From a virus (taxonomy: Duplodnaviria; Caudoviricetes), in IMG/VR virus record IMGVR_UViG_3300017774_005323, positions 1-57,107 of that record: a stretch of DNA of 57,107 nucleotides. The stretch is one strand, 5' to 3'. The notes under the pieces are model-generated. The model was not told the DNA's origin, made no database searches, and was given only the letters and a program-made list of their open reading frames with translations. A program made the translations under genes and the position numbers. The first letter of the stretch is position 1; each line of letters begins with the position of its first letter. Shown here piece by piece: positions 48,201 through 56,557 of the stretch.

Positions 48201-49043
48201 GGGTCTTCCGCATCCCCATCCGCCCGCCTCCACGTCCAAGGCGCTGGCGCAACATCCGCCACATTTACGGCGCAGTTTCATAATTCGACGGGTACGAATA
48301 ATGCGCTGGTGGTGAGGGATGATGGGCGAGTAGGTATTGGTACGTCAGCGCCAACACATCAAATAACTATGTTTAATAATGCAAATTCCTCTGCTTTTCG
48401 ACTTACTCCAAGCATGGCAAACAATGGAGGTTTTTTTATGCGGTCGGGGGCTATTTCAGACGGTGAGTTTTCGGCTGGATATGAAGTTGTTTCTGGAGCA
48501 AAAACCGCACGATCCACCGAAGGCGCGGGTATTAATTTTTATCAGGGCGGCACATACTTTATAAATCGCTCTGGACTTACCATTGACGCTACATTTACCA
48601 ATAATTACGCTGCGCTCCTTTCTAATACGGGAAATTTTGGCATCGGCACAAATATATCCCCATCCGCCCGCCTTCACGTTGTAGGCGCTGATGCAACATC
48701 CTCAAATACGGCATTATTAGTTCAAAACTCCACACCCTCTGATTTGATTACTGTCAGAAATGACGGCAAGGTATCGTATTGGGCAACGAACACCGCCACA
48801 GGCACAACCGGGGCGCAAACGATTGACCGCCCATCAGGCACGGTCAATATCGCAGCCGGGCAATCCAGTATCGTTGTGACAAATAGCCTTGTAACAACGG
48901 CAAGCCTTGTTTTCCCGGTCATTCGCACAAACGATGCAACCGCGACAATCAAAAACGTTGTTCCAGCCGCCGGATCGTTTACAATCACCTTAACAGCAGC
49001 CGCCACCGCCGAAACGTCGGTAGGCTTCTTTGTAATAAACTAA
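45288..49043 (+). CDS. Large fibre/adhesin-like protein (1251 aa) with Sec signal peptide
   Basis: MKKIFAALLLIVSFAPFVSA|Q; GN.GIG and ARLHV.G fibre repeats. Confidence 0.8.
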   Translation: MKKIFAALLLIVSFAPFVSAQTPFTAPWGFNYSAPTGAPSALGTRVRFDITTGRIYTWSPDALNWQLQGYTIDQISGTSAPAYAPVRGQSWFAVNGDTLPRLYQYTGIGTIWKCLNCSDGKTYTAGTGIGIAGTVISNTGDLSNTNELQTIDTFSVSGSIVSLSLSNDAQPAKTITLPASGITALTGDVTATGPGSAAATIANGAVNGAKLATNSVDSTKVIARSIAGSDIALATIAGVNIQTNTIDSTRLRPLSIPNSDIANVAPNKLLQSGASMGQFLGWNGSIWGPTAPPNDWALLGNAATAGSSFLGTTNLTSLRFRTNNVQRLILDSLGNFGVGVNVPLARMHVAGSDLLGATSGFLVSNSGGSKLFDIRNSGLIRFGNQPNGAALYPADMSTGGGTSNLSGLSLEYAISSPSPPSAAFSYTGNFTHTSGGAFSVIRNGAVFQPSSGSVAFNYFAVENGFINQTGGANGIVRGFYFNPTITSAPNLRAIETIVGDSRFGSTSGSVGIGVATGTALAARLQVVGSGSTSATWTAQFHNSTGTNNALRINDDGTVYMEGRLKFGGINTQASVYGSGTLNQESLNIISGLSPGTAGSDITMSNGQGDPTITTSTRSIINCQRGFAPTSGTGEYRMVNMQPVINQTGGASGPSIGFLAAPTLTSAASWRSFEYRNNTGWGIYGVGTAPSHFGGDIRIGTTSASATNLTMVRPLTGATTVFASNLIATIQSDVLQGIGYSSAMATQAATFSTTIRHFYAQQSTFGAGSTVTQQSGFFASGSLIGATENYGFHGVIPSGAGRWNLFMSGTADNALAGSTIIGASTAPAARLHVQGSGSTSSTWTAQFHNSTGTNNALLIRDDGALGFGTSTLNDRFNFRFDQNAITVLRNTNTSSGTGAATAIVTGVAGQAFGMFAYPSTYTVNAARTGRGIFDTDSGLSNGMLFSTSAGPIEFAPGTNKLMTLTTAGNLMVGSSASPSARLHVQGAGATSATFTAQFHNSTGTNNALVVRDDGRVGIGTSAPTHQITMFNNANSSAFRLTPSMANNGGFFMRSGAISDGEFSAGYEVVSGAKTARSTEGAGINFYQGGTYFINRSGLTIDATFTNNYAALLSNTGNFGIGTNISPSARLHVVGADATSSNTALLVQNSTPSDLITVRNDGKVSYWATNTATGTTGAQTIDRPSGTVNIAAGQSSIVVTNSLVTTASLVFPVIRTNDATATIKNVVPAAGSFTITLTAAATAETSVGFFVIN

Positions 49044-49054
49044 CCTTATCAAAC

Positions 49055-49678
49055 ATGAAACAAACACTAATTGCAATCCTTCTTTTCGCAGCATTCACCG
49101 CAAGCGCCCAAACCCAAACGGTCACGCTCGACACGACCTACATTGTCAATTCGGGCGGTAACTTTTTCGAGGTTTCCCGCATTGAATATTCAAACGGCGC
49201 ATACAGCGAAAAACGCGACTTTTTGGGCGATACGCTAACCATCTTCAGCCGATACGTGGCAAAAATCGAATCGGAGGCCAACGAAATCGCAGCCGCAGCT
49301 GCAACAGCATATCGAATGCGCCAAAAAACAACGGAGTGGGCCAAACTTGATACATTGACAGCCGCTCGCTTACTGCGCAGCCCGATCACGGGAATAATGG
49401 ACGTTTACGAAAAGGAATTTTTAACAGGCAACTGGCAAATTGAATTTTCGGGCACAACCACAGCCGCAACTTTCCCTCGCCTATCATCCAATAAGCGGAT
49501 ACGCTTACAAGCCAACGGAACAGCGCGAACTATGCTGCTATACGGAAAGGTTATGCGCCTTGTCAGTTACCCTTTCACGGGCCTTAACACCTTATTCCAG
49601 TTGCGCGAGGGATACTGGATCAACCTTGAATTTGGCGACAGCGCCCGCCGTGTTGTGCTTCGCCGTATAAGCAACTAA
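49055..49678 (+). CDS. Exported protein (possible fibre chaperone)
   Basis: MKQTLIAILLFAAFTASA|Q; directly follows the fibre gene. Confidence 0.65.
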   Translation: MKQTLIAILLFAAFTASAQTQTVTLDTTYIVNSGGNFFEVSRIEYSNGAYSEKRDFLGDTLTIFSRYVAKIESEANEIAAAAATAYRMRQKTTEWAKLDTLTAARLLRSPITGIMDVYEKEFLTGNWQIEFSGTTTAATFPRLSSNKRIRLQANGTARTMLLYGKVMRLVSYPFTGLNTLFQLREGYWINLEFGDSARRVVLRRISN

Positions 49679-49679
49679 G

Positions 49680-50219
49680 ATGCAAAACACAATAGCAATA
49701 TCGCTCACTAAATCGCTTAATACAATCAAAAAGCGATTACAGGATGAGTTAAAAGCACAAGGGCATGAATTGACCGGAGCGCTGTCTAATTCGATTCGTT
49801 GGGATATTGTTGTTGAGGGTGATCGCACAACCGCAACGATGTACGCTTTGGGTTATGGCATTATAATTGAAACGGGTGTAAAGCCGGGCCGAATCCCCTA
49901 TTCGGGCAACCGGGGCCGGGGCGGGAAATCGAAGTACATCGAAGGACTGATTAAGTTTTTCAAACTGAAAGGCAAGGGCGAACGCGAAGCCAAAAGCGCG
50001 GCATTTGCCACAGCGAGAAAGCAAAAGCGCGAAGGTATGCCGACGCGGGGAAGTTTTGCGCATACGCGCAATGGACGGCGGACGGGGTTTGTCACGGCGG
50101 TACTGAAAGAAAGCGTGGGCGAAATTGCAAACATGCTCGAAAAGGACTATGGAGCGCGTATTGCTTTTGAGTTGAACCAGGAGGTTAGTGTTGATTTTCT
50201 TGTTTTGAATATCGGTTAA
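49680..50219 (+). CDS. Neck/tail-completion protein (HK97 gp10-like)
   Basis: TGALSNSI, YG..IETG.KPG, AFATARKQKREG; basic. Confidence 0.7.
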   Translation: MQNTIAISLTKSLNTIKKRLQDELKAQGHELTGALSNSIRWDIVVEGDRTTATMYALGYGIIIETGVKPGRIPYSGNRGRGGKSKYIEGLIKFFKLKGKGEREAKSAAFATARKQKREGMPTRGSFAHTRNGRRTGFVTAVLKESVGEIANMLEKDYGARIAFELNQEVSVDFLVLNIG

Positions 50220-50221
50220 AT

Positions 50222-50312
50222 TCCGTTCGTCGATCAAAACACTACGTTCGTCGATGATTTATGTACGTTGGTCGATACGCGCTTTGCAGAACTGATTTGT
50301 GTGTTATCTTTG
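50222..50312 (+). promoter_or_regulatory. Triple-box promoter P8
   Basis: GTCGAT at 50229, 50250, 50271; TATCTTTG at 50305. Confidence 0.88.
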
Positions 50313-50342
50313 TACTATCAATAACGATAAAACGCAAGTACA

Positions 50343-50648
50343 ATGAAAAGCGCAATTTTTAGTTCAGCCTGGGCAATCAAACGCCAAAACCCAACAGCAA
50401 CATTTTCCTGGTGTTTGCGCAAGGCGTGGGCGGCGCACAATTTGCGCCAGCGCATGCAAAAAGGCGTGGAAAAGTTTGAGTTTATCAAAGCAGACGGCAC
50501 TGTGCGCTTTGCCATTGGAACTTTGGACGCAAATCAAATTTCATACGAGGCAAAAGGCGGACGCAAAAGCAGCGATTCGACAATCGTTTATTTTGATTTG
50601 GATGCAAACGAGTTTCGGTCTTTTCGTATTGATAGACTTTGTGCATAA
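50343..50648 (+). CDS. WYL-like SH3-barrel protein (DUF2693 type)
   Basis: FEFIKADGTVRFAIGTL...YFDLDANEFRSFRID. Confidence 0.8.
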   Translation: MKSAIFSSAWAIKRQNPTATFSWCLRKAWAAHNLRQRMQKGVEKFEFIKADGTVRFAIGTLDANQISYEAKGGRKSSDSTIVYFDLDANEFRSFRIDRLCA

Positions 50649-50671
50649 TTTCACCAACATAAAACGCAAAA

Positions 50672-50935
50672 ATGAGAATCCGGTTAATACTCAAAAATGC
50701 TTACGAATGGGAAACGTTTACGGGCATGCACACAAACCGATCAGGGGATTTTAGAGCGCACGAAAACTTTTCTATACCCGAAAGCGGTATCATTTCTTTT
50801 GAGCAATTAGAGGCAACATCGCAGGATGGGGACACAAAAGAAAGCCATTACCAATATTTTGAAAAAAGACAATACAAACTTATACTTTCATCAAAATACC
50901 CGAAAATAACATGGGCAACGTTTGAGGAGGTGTAA
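50672..50935 (+). CDS. Small accessory protein (P8 cassette)
   Basis: 87 aa; AAAACGCA leader; hairpin at 50966-50997. Confidence 0.65.
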   Translation: MRIRLILKNAYEWETFTGMHTNRSGDFRAHENFSIPESGIISFEQLEATSQDGDTKESHYQYFEKRQYKLILSSKYPKITWATFEEV

Positions 50936-51035
50936 ATAAAGATAAACTTTTCATAAGATTGCGCATAAGCCTGGACTACAATGGTAGTTCGGGCTTATCT
51001 ATTTGTAAAAATGCCGTACTTTTGCAAAAAAAACA

Positions 51036-53966
51036 ATGGCAGAAACGATACTGTTTCGGCTGGTTGCACAAGACGCAGGGGTAAACGCCGCTATTGTTTC
51101 CAACCGCGAAGAAATCAAAAAACTAAACAAGGAAATTGCAGCCGCGAAGGGGACAAACGGATATGCAGACCTTGTACGCAATTTGACGGAGGCGAAAGTA
51201 AAAGCAGCCGAACTGAAAGCCGAACAACGGGCGCTCAACCGCGAATTTCAGGCAACGCAGGTGCCAAAGGATAGTTTGGCAGGGCTTCGCTTGGAATATT
51301 CCAAACTTACAGAACAAATAACGAAACTGTCAGCAGCCGAACGCAATAGCGATTTTGGAAAGGGGCTTGTTTCGAGTGCCGCAAAGATCAAAAAAGAGAT
51401 TGATGGAATAGAGCAAAGTGTTGGCCGATTCACGGGCAACGTGGGCAACTACAAAAGCGCGTTAAGCGGCATTTTTGGACTATTCGCGGCGGCTGGTGTA
51501 AGTTTTGGCGTGGGTGAAATTATCCAGGCAACACGCGAAACTGAAAAATTATTTGCCGTACTTACAAACGCAGTCGGTAGCAAGTCAGGCGCAACGCGCA
51601 TTTTTGCCGAATTGCAGGACTTTGCAGCAACTACGCCTTTTGCGCTTAACGAGGTTGTAGGCGCTTTTACAAAGTTAGAGCAGCGCAATTTTAACCCTAA
51701 CATTGAGCAACTTAGAACGCTCGGAGATATTGCAGCCGCGTCCGGTAAATCCTTAGATCAATTTGTCGAGGCGGTTTTAGATGCTCAAACGGGCGAATTT
51801 GAGCGATTAAAGGAATTTGGTATTGTTGCCCGCAAAAATGGCGATCAATTAAGTGTTTCGTTTAAGGGGCAAAAAACCTCTATTGATAACACATCCGAAT
51901 CAATAACAGAATACTTGTTAGGTTTGGGAAAATTACCCGGCATCCAAGGCGCTACCGATGCAGTTGCAAAAACCCTCGATGGTTCACTTTCAAACCTTGC
52001 TGATAACTTTAGCCGTCTGTTTGCTACCATTGGAAGCGGCGGCGGTTTATTACAGGGGCTTGTTAATGGATTTAGCAGTATTATAGGCGCGGTTAATGAA
52101 TTTATAAGTGTTCCCCTTTCTGAAAGCCTTGCCATTGAACAAAACGAGTTCGAGTCGCTTATTGGTGTACTGAAAGATACAACGGTATCACAAGGCACGT
52201 TAAGCGCTGCGAGAAACGAACTTAATGCAAAGTACCCCGAATATATTGGGAACGTTAACCTTGAAACGGCAACACAAGCCGAATTAAACGGCATACTTGA
52301 CACGGGCAACGCCCTGTTTTTGAAACGCATCTTAATCGAAACGCAAAAGGAACAAACGATAGAATTTTCCAAGCGCGAACTTGCCTTACAAAAACAGTTA
52401 CTTGAAACCGAAAAGCAAATACAGGCAAACCGGGGCAATGCGGGCTTTGGTAGTGATATAACGGGGGGCGGTTTATCGGGTGATCGGCTGAAAATACAAA
52501 AGGATATAAACGCGCTAAGAGCGGAACGCAGGAAAGCCGAATCTGAAGCTGAAGAACTTTCGCAGCGTCTTTTTGGCGAACAGTTGGATGTCCCGACAAT
52601 TGACCTGTCAGGCGAACGTAAAAAGGCGCTCGAAGAAGAAAAAGAGCGCATCAAACAATTAGGCACGGAAACCAGCAAAAGCGGTAAAGAGCAAGCGAAC
52701 GCCTACGAATTAGTTAAAAAGCGCATTGACGAATTAAGCGAAAGTCTGCAAGTAGCCGTAACGACAAACAACCAAGGCGCAATACCGAAAATATTGGGCG
52801 ATCTTACCAAGGCGCAAATACAGTTGCAAGTCATAGACGCAACGGTTGCCCGCATTCGGTCAGGCGCTACAAATGACAATCGCAGCATTGCGCAGCGTGT
52901 ACGAAATCCCCTATCAGATACGGCACCCGCTATAGGTAGTGACATTGGCAGCGATCCGGTTGCAAATGAATTAGACCGGGCAAAGTTTGCAAATGCTGAA
53001 ATCGTAGACGACAAAGAGCGCACGAATCAGGAACTTTTGCAATTGCAAAGCGAATTAAGCGAAGGTAATTTAGCAGCGCTTAAAAAGGGATTGGATGATG
53101 AAAAGGCGGCGAAGGAACAAGCACTCGAAGAAGATCGGCAGCGCAGGCAACAGTTAACAGACCTTGCTATTGAAAGCGTCGGCAGCATTGCCGGGGCTGT
53201 TTTGCAGATCGAAAAAAACCGCATCGAAAGCCAAAAAGAAACGGCTATAACGGCACTCGATGAGGAATACCAAAAGCGATTAGATGCGGCACAAGGCAAT
53301 ACGGTTTTGCAGGAAAAAATACAAAAAGAGTTCGATGCGAAGAAACTTGCAATTGAAAAAAAGGCGGCGAAGCAAAGGCAGGATTTAGCGGTTAAAGAAG
53401 CGATTGTACAGGGCGCTTTAGCGGTTATTAAGGCGCTGGCAACAGGTAATTTTGCAACGGCAATTGCGGCGGGTGTTGCGACACTTGCACAAATTGCGAT
53501 CATCAAAAAAGAAAAGTTCGAAAGAGGTGGTTTAGTGAAGTTTGGAAAGTTTGGAGGTAAGCCGCATAGCCAGGGCGGTACAAAAGGATATTTTGAGGAT
53601 GGCACAAATGTCGAAGTAGAAAAAGATGAGGTTTTCGCAGTGGTAAACAAACGAAATGCACCCATGCTTCAAAAGTTAAGCGCGGTAAACTCATACGGCG
53701 GGCATGGTACACGTTTCTTTGAAAAGGGCGGGGCGCTTAACTTTACCCCGCAAATTGCCTTACCTCAACAAACAGCGCTTGTACAAGTTTTGCCGTCCGA
53801 GGCTACATTTAGCGATGCCCAAAGCGCACAAATTGGCGAAATTGCAGGGCGTGAAATGGCAAAAATACTTGCACCTGTTTTGCAAAATAGCGTTGCATTG
53901 GGCATAAATGACAGTAACCGCCGATTAGAGCGCGAAAATGACCTCTTAACCAATAGAACCGTTTAA
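51036..53966 (+). CDS. Tape measure protein
   Basis: 976 aa coiled coil; FTGNVGNY, FAATTPF, GEFERLKEFGI, C-terminal GG...GKPHSQGG. Confidence 0.92.
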   Translation: MAETILFRLVAQDAGVNAAIVSNREEIKKLNKEIAAAKGTNGYADLVRNLTEAKVKAAELKAEQRALNREFQATQVPKDSLAGLRLEYSKLTEQITKLSAAERNSDFGKGLVSSAAKIKKEIDGIEQSVGRFTGNVGNYKSALSGIFGLFAAAGVSFGVGEIIQATRETEKLFAVLTNAVGSKSGATRIFAELQDFAATTPFALNEVVGAFTKLEQRNFNPNIEQLRTLGDIAAASGKSLDQFVEAVLDAQTGEFERLKEFGIVARKNGDQLSVSFKGQKTSIDNTSESITEYLLGLGKLPGIQGATDAVAKTLDGSLSNLADNFSRLFATIGSGGGLLQGLVNGFSSIIGAVNEFISVPLSESLAIEQNEFESLIGVLKDTTVSQGTLSAARNELNAKYPEYIGNVNLETATQAELNGILDTGNALFLKRILIETQKEQTIEFSKRELALQKQLLETEKQIQANRGNAGFGSDITGGGLSGDRLKIQKDINALRAERRKAESEAEELSQRLFGEQLDVPTIDLSGERKKALEEEKERIKQLGTETSKSGKEQANAYELVKKRIDELSESLQVAVTTNNQGAIPKILGDLTKAQIQLQVIDATVARIRSGATNDNRSIAQRVRNPLSDTAPAIGSDIGSDPVANELDRAKFANAEIVDDKERTNQELLQLQSELSEGNLAALKKGLDDEKAAKEQALEEDRQRRQQLTDLAIESVGSIAGAVLQIEKNRIESQKETAITALDEEYQKRLDAAQGNTVLQEKIQKEFDAKKLAIEKKAAKQRQDLAVKEAIVQGALAVIKALATGNFATAIAAGVATLAQIAIIKKEKFERGGLVKFGKFGGKPHSQGGTKGYFEDGTNVEVEKDEVFAVVNKRNAPMLQKLSAVNSYGGHGTRFFEKGGALNFTPQIALPQQTALVQVLPSEATFSDAQSAQIGEIAGREMAKILAPVLQNSVALGINDSNRRLERENDLLTNRTV

Positions 53967-53968
53967 AA

Positions 53969-55678
53969 ATGGCAATTACAATAATATCCGATCCGGGCGA
54001 AAGCGTAGGATACCCATACACAGGCACAAAGCCGCTGCCAATACCAGTAAGCGATTGCCTTTCTTGGTGTTTGCAGCCCGATACAGCCGACGTAATAACC
54101 GGGGCCGGATCGAAAGCAACGGTTGTTTTCACAATCCCGGCAACCCCTACCGTACCCGCAAACGGAACGGTTTTAAAAGTGTGGGGCTATACGTTTACTG
54201 TTCAATCAGGCAGCAATTATACAAGCAATTCTTTCAAGGTAACGACCAACGGCATAGAAACAGCGGCTAACCTTAGAAACATGCTGAATAGCAATATTAA
54301 GTTTGCAAAGGCTGGCAGCGCTGTACTTGCTTTAGGTGGCACAATTACTGTCACGTTTTCATGGGACGATTGCCGCGAACAAGGCAATTTCACCGGGGCG
54401 AACATGGTATTTACTGCGATGACCTCAATGGGCGGCACGGGCGGCGCGGTGGCAACAAACGGGGCAACACCTACCTACTCAAACGGCTATCAGTTAGTTG
54501 TTAGGCTTGTGAAATGGGACAGTGCTACAAGCGCACATATACCCGTGACTGAATTTGAAGCGATCAATGTAAAGCGCGGTTGCGCAAGCGTGGAAAGCGA
54601 ATGCGTGGACTATATGGCGGCTGCAAAAAAGGTGGTGTTTACTCCTATGCCCGATTTATCCGACAGTTCCGAAATCGCGTCGACGCTTGACACGGTAACA
54701 GGCCGCTTTGCATTGCAATACGGTTGGACGTACCGCGATGAATCTTGCCAGGTGCTTTACGGCACTACCCTACAATCGGAGGATTATTTGGTTATGAATG
54801 CGGTGTTTCCAATACAGGAAACTTACAAAACGCGGCGCTTTTTTGATTCAAATTTACCGTCCTTTGTTTCTAATCCGCAATTTATGAGTAACCAGCCGTC
54901 TATTTTGCGGCTTACAGAAACTTCCTTTGCATGGCTATGGATGTACAACGGCTGGGTAAATGCGCGGCCAACGGCAACATCTTACCAACTACGCATCCGC
55001 ATTTTTAAAGTAGGCACTGCTACGCTTTTCGATACGGTTTTGGTAACATACACCCTTGCTGATTGGTGGCAATGTGTTTGCGCGAATGTTTCTGTTTCGC
55101 GTGTTGTAACGCTGTCTACCCTTATTTCGAGTGCGTCTGAAATCGACTACTACACATGCCGTATTGAAGTTATGGCAACTTCAACAGTATTAGACCAGAC
55201 GCAAGACGTGCGCTACTCAGTAGATCATTCATGCGCAAATAACGACAATGTAACCGATCTATATTTTGTCAGTCCTTACGGCGGTATATGCACAATCATT
55301 TGCGATATTGATGACAAAACAATTAACAGCGAATTTAACGAAATCGCTTTGGATGTACCTTGCACAACAGCAATAAACGAGAAAGCGAAATACCAGGGAC
55401 TTTCAGCACAAGGGTTAAGCGCTTACGAATCTTACACGCTTACGGTCGTAGACGATTACAGCGCCGAACAGGTGGAGTATTTTAAATCTGTGAAATCAGC
55501 GCCCGAACACTGGATAAAGGTGCAGGATGTCAGGCCCGAACTATCAGACATAGGATATACAGCCGTGCGCTTTTTGCCCGATGCGGACGGCATACAAATT
55601 TTCCAGCGCGGCGAAACGATTGCGCTACGATTGACAGGGCGCATTGCGCGGGACTTGCCTACACAATTGCCGAAATAA
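53969..55678 (+). CDS. Distal tail/baseplate structural protein (putative)
   Basis: 569 aa directly after the tape measure; LYFVSPYGG motif. Confidence 0.65.
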   Translation: MAITIISDPGESVGYPYTGTKPLPIPVSDCLSWCLQPDTADVITGAGSKATVVFTIPATPTVPANGTVLKVWGYTFTVQSGSNYTSNSFKVTTNGIETAANLRNMLNSNIKFAKAGSAVLALGGTITVTFSWDDCREQGNFTGANMVFTAMTSMGGTGGAVATNGATPTYSNGYQLVVRLVKWDSATSAHIPVTEFEAINVKRGCASVESECVDYMAAAKKVVFTPMPDLSDSSEIASTLDTVTGRFALQYGWTYRDESCQVLYGTTLQSEDYLVMNAVFPIQETYKTRRFFDSNLPSFVSNPQFMSNQPSILRLTETSFAWLWMYNGWVNARPTATSYQLRIRIFKVGTATLFDTVLVTYTLADWWQCVCANVSVSRVVTLSTLISSASEIDYYTCRIEVMATSTVLDQTQDVRYSVDHSCANNDNVTDLYFVSPYGGICTIICDIDDKTINSEFNEIALDVPCTTAINEKAKYQGLSAQGLSAYESYTLTVVDDYSAEQVEYFKSVKSAPEHWIKVQDVRPELSDIGYTAVRFLPDADGIQIFQRGETIALRLTGRIARDLPTQLPK

Positions 55679-55711
55679 CCTTATATTTGTCAAAACAAAA
55701 ACATCAATAAA

Positions 55712-56053
55712 ATGAAAAAACTGAATGATTTAATAGCGGTTACCCTTATTTTTTCGGGCGTTCTTATTTTGGCCTATCAGTGCCACAAAGAGGAGTGTGA
55801 AATATTTGGCGCATGGAACTACCGCACCATCGTACAAGGCGATACGACAAAATCAGTCTATTGTTTCACCAAAGATTCAATGATAATCGTTTTTCGCGGT
55901 AAAACAGCAAACGGGCGGCTATCCATTCCCATTTCAGTAACGCCAAACGAAATAAACGTTTTCGATGCAAAAGGGCAAGTTTGGCCCTACGAAAACACAT
56001 GCGATACGCTTTTGATAAACACAGGAACAGAAATCCAGGTGTTTTGGAGATAG
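55712..56053 (+). CDS. Membrane-anchored or lipoprotein lipocalin-like protein
   Basis: TATATTTG at 55682; N-terminal hydrophobic helix then C; IFGAW; terminator at 56078-56113. Confidence 0.55.
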   Translation: MKKLNDLIAVTLIFSGVLILAYQCHKEECEIFGAWNYRTIVQGDTTKSVYCFTKDSMIIVFRGKTANGRLSIPISVTPNEINVFDAKGQVWPYENTCDTLLINTGTEIQVFWR

Positions 56054-56107
56054 AGTTAGGTTTATGGGGTTAAATGGGGCTGGCATCTGCAAAGATGCTG
56101 GCTTTTT

Positions 56108-56198
56108 TATTTTGGTCGATCAAAAGCCTACGTTCGTCGATAAATAAGGCACGTTGGTCGATACGTTTTAAAAATTTGATACCCCTATACTATCTTTG
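56108..56198 (+). promoter_or_regulatory. Triple-box promoter P9
   Basis: GTCGAT at 56115, 56136, 56157; TATCTTTG at 56191. Confidence 0.88.
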
Positions 56199-56234
56199 TA
56201 AGGTCAATAAGACAAAACGCAAAAAGAAAAACGC

Positions 56235-56465
56235 ATGCAACTTAACGAAATTAAAATAGGATCAGAAGTGGTTAGATCAATTGGCGACTATGTGGTTGGC
56301 CGAATTGGGATAGTTACAGATATTAATTCTGAAAAACAGCGCGCGCAGGTAAGTTGGGCCGGTAATACTAAAACATGGGTATCCCTATCAGTAATAGAGC
56401 CAACTTCAATACCTTATGAAATAATAAGGATTCCCCGTAAACACGGAAAATATCGTAGAACGTAA
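56235..56465 (+). CDS. Small SH3/KOW-like accessory protein (P9 cassette)
   Basis: IKIGSEVV...GRIGIVTDI...AQVSW; terminator at 56485-56513. Confidence 0.65.
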   Translation: MQLNEIKIGSEVVRSIGDYVVGRIGIVTDINSEKQRAQVSWAGNTKTWVSLSVIEPTSIPYEIIRIPRKHGKYRRT

Positions 56466-56557
56466 AACAAAAAACCTTGCAACCAAGCCGCTCACATAGA
56501 GCGGCTTTTTTATTGCCATTTACCCAACTTTTTACCGTATTTTTGCAAAAAAAAGAA

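Noticed and set aside
46848-48325. Fibre repeats as DGR template/variable repeats
   Set aside because: No reverse transcriptase is present, all copies are in frame in one gene, and differences are not adenine-specific
50222-50280. Triple GTCGAT repeats as a mini-CRISPR array
   Set aside because: Repeats of about 11-13 bp with 8-10 bp spacers are far too short, no cas genes are present, and the fixed distance to the -7 element points to regulator binding sites
50343-50648. WYL-like protein as the factor binding the GTCGAT boxes
   Set aside because: It is a stand-alone SH3-barrel with only a short N-terminal helical segment and no clear wHTH; the 21-bp direct-repeat geometry fits LytTR better, though it is not formally excluded
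51845-53665. Long minus-strand ORFs (e.g. 51845-52678, 53027-53665, also 29194-29874)
   Set aside because: They are antisense shadows of tape measure and DnaB with no motifs or leaders
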